In this document: positions 60,154 through 64,000 of the stretch, in pieces
Position numbering within the stretch: position 1 is the first letter of the stretch
How the letters are laid out: the number at the start of each line of letters is the position of its first letter
Assembly: GCA_002269645.1 (NCBI GenBank)
Contig: NIVC01000152.1
Span: 186,001 to 250,000 of the forward strand
Direction: 5' to 3'
Origin: Macrostomum lignano
Taxonomy: Eukaryota
DNA: 64,000 nucleotides
Made by a program: the position numbers and the translations under genes
Notes under the pieces: generated by a model
The model's input: only the letters and a program-made list of their open reading frames with translations
Databases searched by the model: none
What the model was told of the DNA's origin: nothing

Positions 60154-60375
60154 TTAGTTTAAATCCCTTCAGTTCATTACGAGTTAAAAGTGAGTTCAGA
60201 GCAAAAGTCATAATTAGCAACCAGATTGAGTTCACAATCTCAGCGAACAATGCTGTCTGCACGAGTCAAGCCCGTATATTTGAGATGCTGTTTGGATTGA
60301 GTTCACCACGACTCTAACTGCAGACTCATGGCGTCACTAGTCTAGTGTTTTTATTTATTAAAAAGATTTTAAGAG

Positions 60376-60699
60376 TCAAGCAGCCGAACGCCACCAGATC
60401 CGTCTGAAGCGCTGACCCAGTCGCCCTTGCAGGCGTCTCTGCTGCCGCATCAGCAGCTGCCCGATGCCGCGGTCGCTGGTCCATCGTCGAGTCTCCCGCT
60501 CGCCTGGTGGTTCTCCCTCATCCTGCGGAGCAGCGGGCCGCCGCTTGCCCATGGCCGGGAAGCCGGGACTGATGACGCCGTGATGGCGCCTGCCTGATCC
60601 GGCGAAGAAGTCGAAGCCTCCGGCGTCGACCTCGGAGGGAGCCAAGCTGATGGCAGCCACCAGCAGCAGCAGCAGCACCTGCAGCCAGGTGAATCGCAT
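60376..60699 (-). CDS. Secreted neuropeptide/prohormone precursor, 107 aa
   Basis: ATG at 60699 (alternative in-frame ATG at 60708). Signal peptide MRFTWLQVLLLLLVAAISLAPSEVDA, then GGFDFFAGS-GRR and HHGVISPGFPAM-GKR (Gly + dibasic = amidation/convertase sites), further RR sites, TGA at 60376-60378. GC-rich coding-like composition. Confidence 0.8.
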   Translation of the reverse strand: MRFTWLQVLLLLLVAAISLAPSEVDAGGFDFFAGSGRRHHGVISPGFPAMGKRRPAAPQDEGEPPGERETRRWTSDRGIGQLLMRQQRRLQGRLGQRFRRIWWRSAA

Positions 60700-61169
60700 T
60701 GAAATCATTATTAACGCTTGACAGATAACAGCCTGATTTTGCTTTCGTATTTCCTGCACGGAATTATCGCAGGCAATGAGGCCTGAACGGACCGCCGTTC
60801 TGGCTTTGCTTTTATATCCTCGCTTAGCTGTCCGCATTCCTCATTAGTGGATCCATCAATCGCTTTGACAGGTTCTGATAATCAAAGACTGTCAAATGGG
60901 CTCGTGCCGAACTTGGCTTTGCCGTCTCTTTGAGCTCGAATGGATACGCAGATGCGCAACTGCGCACTCCGGCGACAACTTTGTGGAAATACAACAACGT
61001 GCCAACTGTCTGTAATTATCAAAGCCTGAAATTTTGTGTCCTGTGTGAATGAAACTAACGGTGAATTGAAAGCAATTATCTCTTATTTAGGCCGTGGGGT
61101 CTAAATTTAGCACACTTCATGCTGTACTGCAACTGGTAATCCGGTTCTGACTGGCTTATTCCGACCTTG

Positions 61170-61960
61170 AAGTTGTTAATCCAGAAGTTTTTATCCCTAA
61201 GCCTGAAGCTTCATCCATGATCCTGAAGCTTTCATCCCTAATCCTGAAGCTTTCATCCATGATTCTGAAGCTTTCATCCATGATCCTGAAGCTTTCATCC
61301 ATGATCCTGAAGCTTTCATCCATGATCCTGAAGCTTTTATCTATGATCCTGAAGCTTTCATCCATGATCCTGAAGCTTTTATTCATGATCCAGAAGTTTT
61401 TATCCCTAATCCTGAAGCTTTCATCCATGATCCTGAAGCTTTTATCTATGATCCTGAAGCTTTCATCCATGATCCTGAAGCTTTTATTCATGATCCTGAA
61501 GCTTTCATCCATGATCCTGAAGCTTTCATCCATGATCCTGAAGCTTTCATCCATGATCCTTAAGCTTTCATCCATGATCCTGAAGCTTTCATCCCCAATC
61601 CTAAAGCTTTCATCCATGATCCTGAAGCTTTCATCCCTAATCCTGAAGCTTTCATCCCTAATCCTGAAGCTTTCATCCCCAATCCTAAAGCTTTCATCCA
61701 TGATCCTGAAGCTTTCATCCCCAATCCTAAAGCTTTCATCCATGATCCTGAAGCTTTCATCCCTAACCCTGAAGCTTTCATCCATGATCCTGAAGCTTTC
61801 ATCCCTAACCCTGAAGCTTTCATCCATGATCCTGAAGCTTTCATCCCTAATCCTGAAGTCATCATCCGTAATCCTGAAGTCATTCATCCCTAATCCTGAA
61901 GTTTTCAGCCTTAATCTTGAATGCTTCATTCTTAATCCTGAAGTTTTCACCATCCTTAAC
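61170..61960. repeat. Minisatellite, 21-bp unit ATCCTGAAGCTTTCATCCATG
   Basis: Unit read directly; explains the MDESFRI/MILKLSS ORFs. Confidence 0.97.
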
Positions 61961-62229
61961 ATGAATTAATCTCTCCTATTCAGATATTACTTTATTATGC
62001 ACTTATCGCGCAGAGTTCATGAAGTCAGCAGCCGATTCTGTACAAAATCTACCGAATTCTTCTGCGTAAAACAGCCGCTAAAATCTGGCAAGGAATATTG
62101 AATATAGAGTTCGAGGTGGCAAAGTGTTCTCCATTGCCTTCTGTAGTCAATTCGATATTAAATATAAATATAAACAAAAAATTAAACATGTAATTAGCAG
62201 TAGCAGAAAGCATTGGGTTGGTCTCTAGG

Positions 62230-62614
<385 letters not shown>

Positions 62615-63007
62615 TCGCAGTTTTTATTTGTTTCTTGTTAGCAACGCACTGAATGGCAAGCAGGTATTTTCCTCCAATAGTGCAGCAGCAGTAACAGGCC
62701 GTGCTCAGTTCCTCGTCGGGAATCTGCATGAGCTTTGATCCCCTCTGTCTCTGGGATGAGCAATCGCACGGGCTCATCCCTCCACGCCCGCCATTGGCCC
62801 GCCAGCGGGTAGGATGTTAAAACTAAACAAAAATCCTTGCTGGCAGCTCACGCGCTAAAAACTTTTAAAAAATTCGATACCATTGAACTTGGACAGAATT
62901 TCTTTTTATCGAGCTATTTATCTCGCAACTCGCTCGAAAGATTTTGCTACTCAGCAGCTGAGCACGCCTCTCGAATTTCGGAAGTCTCTTCTTCAAGCAA
63001 TTTTGCA

Positions 63008-63988
63008 ATGCCGTCTTTGCTTGGATGGCTGCTTATTGCCGTGCTGTTGCTTTCGGCTCCGGATTTCCCGAAAGCGGATGCTTCAAGCCTGAAGGTGGCT
63101 GTGGTGCTCGAGAGCTCCGGCGCATTGAATCGCAGCCTCATTGACAACGCCTTCGCCAGGCGGGTGGCTACCAACTGGCGACTGAGCAGCGGCCGCAGCC
63201 TCCAACCTGTTGTGCTGGACGCTTCATCCGCAACTCCAGCATCCCCGTCCTGCTCTGCTGCTGCGGCTGTGCGACTCCGTGAGTTATTCTATTCAGACAT
63301 CCCCGACTCAGACATCCCCGACTCAGACATCCCCGACTCAGACATCCCCGACTCAGATATCCCCGACTCAGATATCCCCGACTCAGACATCCCCGACTCA
63401 GATATCCCCGACTCAGACATCCCCGACTCAGACATCCCCGACTCAGACATACCCGACTCAGACATCTCCGCCTCAGATATCCCAGACTTAGACATCCCCG
63501 ACTCAGACATCCCCGACTCAGACATACCCGACTCAGACATCTCCGCCTCAGATATCCCCGACTCAGACATCCCCGACTCAGACATCCCCGACTCAGACAT
63601 ACCCGACTCAGACATCTCCGCCTCAGATATCCCAGACTTAGACATACCGGACTCAGATATATCCACGACTCAGTCATCTCCGACTCAGACATCCCCGACT
63701 CAGATATCCACGACTCAGACGTCATTGACTCAGACGTTCCGACTCAAAAAATGTCTCCGACTCAGTCATTATTGAACCATTCTTAACCCACTCAAGCCCT
63801 TCACTCCACTAACTGATTCTTCCCTAATCCCCTGTCCCCCCACCCCACAGTGTGCTCCCAATCGAACCTGTCGGCACTGCTCGCCATCGGACAGTGCAGC
63901 TTCCTTGCTCAGTTGAGATCGGCGGCGGCCAGCCTGCAGTTGCCGACCGTGGCTCTGCCGACACAGCTGTGCAGCGGGCTGGAGTTTG
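63008..63988 (+). CDS. N-terminal exons of a membrane receptor with a type-1 periplasmic-binding (ANF/LIVBP) domain, most likely an ionotropic glutamate receptor subunit or a receptor guanylyl cyclase; continues beyond the window
   Basis: Exon 63008-63278 (signal peptide MPSLLGWLLIAVLLLSAPDFPKADA, beta-strand LKVAVVL, NRS sequon) with donor C|GTGAGT. Exon 63851-63988 after CCCCACAG reads LCSQSNLSALLAIGQCSFLAQLRSAAASLQLPTVALPTQLCSGLEF with donor G|GTGAG. Phase 1 is consistent. The pattern C...AII/LLAIG...xLxLPxV is typical of this fold. Confidence 0.7.
63293..63765. repeat. Intronic minisatellite, 15-bp unit CAGACATCCCCGACT
   Basis: Unit read directly; the SDIPD run in ORF 62837..63775 is intron read-through. 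Confidence 0.96.
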
Positions 63989-64000
63989 GTGAGATCTTTG

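Noticed and set aside
63279-63775. SDIPD-repeat C-terminus of ORF 62837..63775 as a Ca-binding/SD-repeat protein
   Set aside because: It begins right after a consensus GTGAGT donor, and the frame resumes in a phase-matched exon at 63851, so it is intronic.

Overview
Eukaryotic (metazoan) genomic DNA. GC-rich, poly-Q/poly-Ala exons are separated by introns and intergenic DNA filled with about 28 different mini/microsatellite arrays. This architecture resembles the flatworm Macrostomum, but that is inference, not proven. Genes reconstructed by hand from GT-AG sites and reading-frame phase: (1) an unidentified + strand multi-exon gene with micro-exons (about 2.2/7.9-15.3 kb); (2) a Gli/Cubitus-interruptus C2H2 transcription factor on the - strand (25924-17506, about 931 aa); (3) BET1 Qc-SNARE with an intronless CDS (43669-44025); (4) a 3-exon class A peptide-type GPCR (46547-50784, 402 aa); (5) a secreted prohormone-like neuropeptide precursor (- strand, 60699-60376); (6) the first two exons of a signal-peptide, periplasmic-binding-fold receptor (iGluR/receptor-GC type, from 63008, running off the window). 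Mobile DNA includes hAT-type MITEs, a 5'-truncated LINE inserted in an (AAC)n tract, tandem non-autonomous Helitron-like copies, a foldback element and a tRNA-derived SINE head. Most long ORFs in the supplied track are read-throughs of tandem repeats. Top leads: a Gli with an altered SUFU motif (SIGHL) and no RRxS PKA cluster; a GPCR with DRY, D2.50 and NPxxY all altered; and an apparently unfamiliar amidated-peptide precursor lying between that GPCR and a second receptor gene. No CRISPR, rRNA or intact tRNA was seen.
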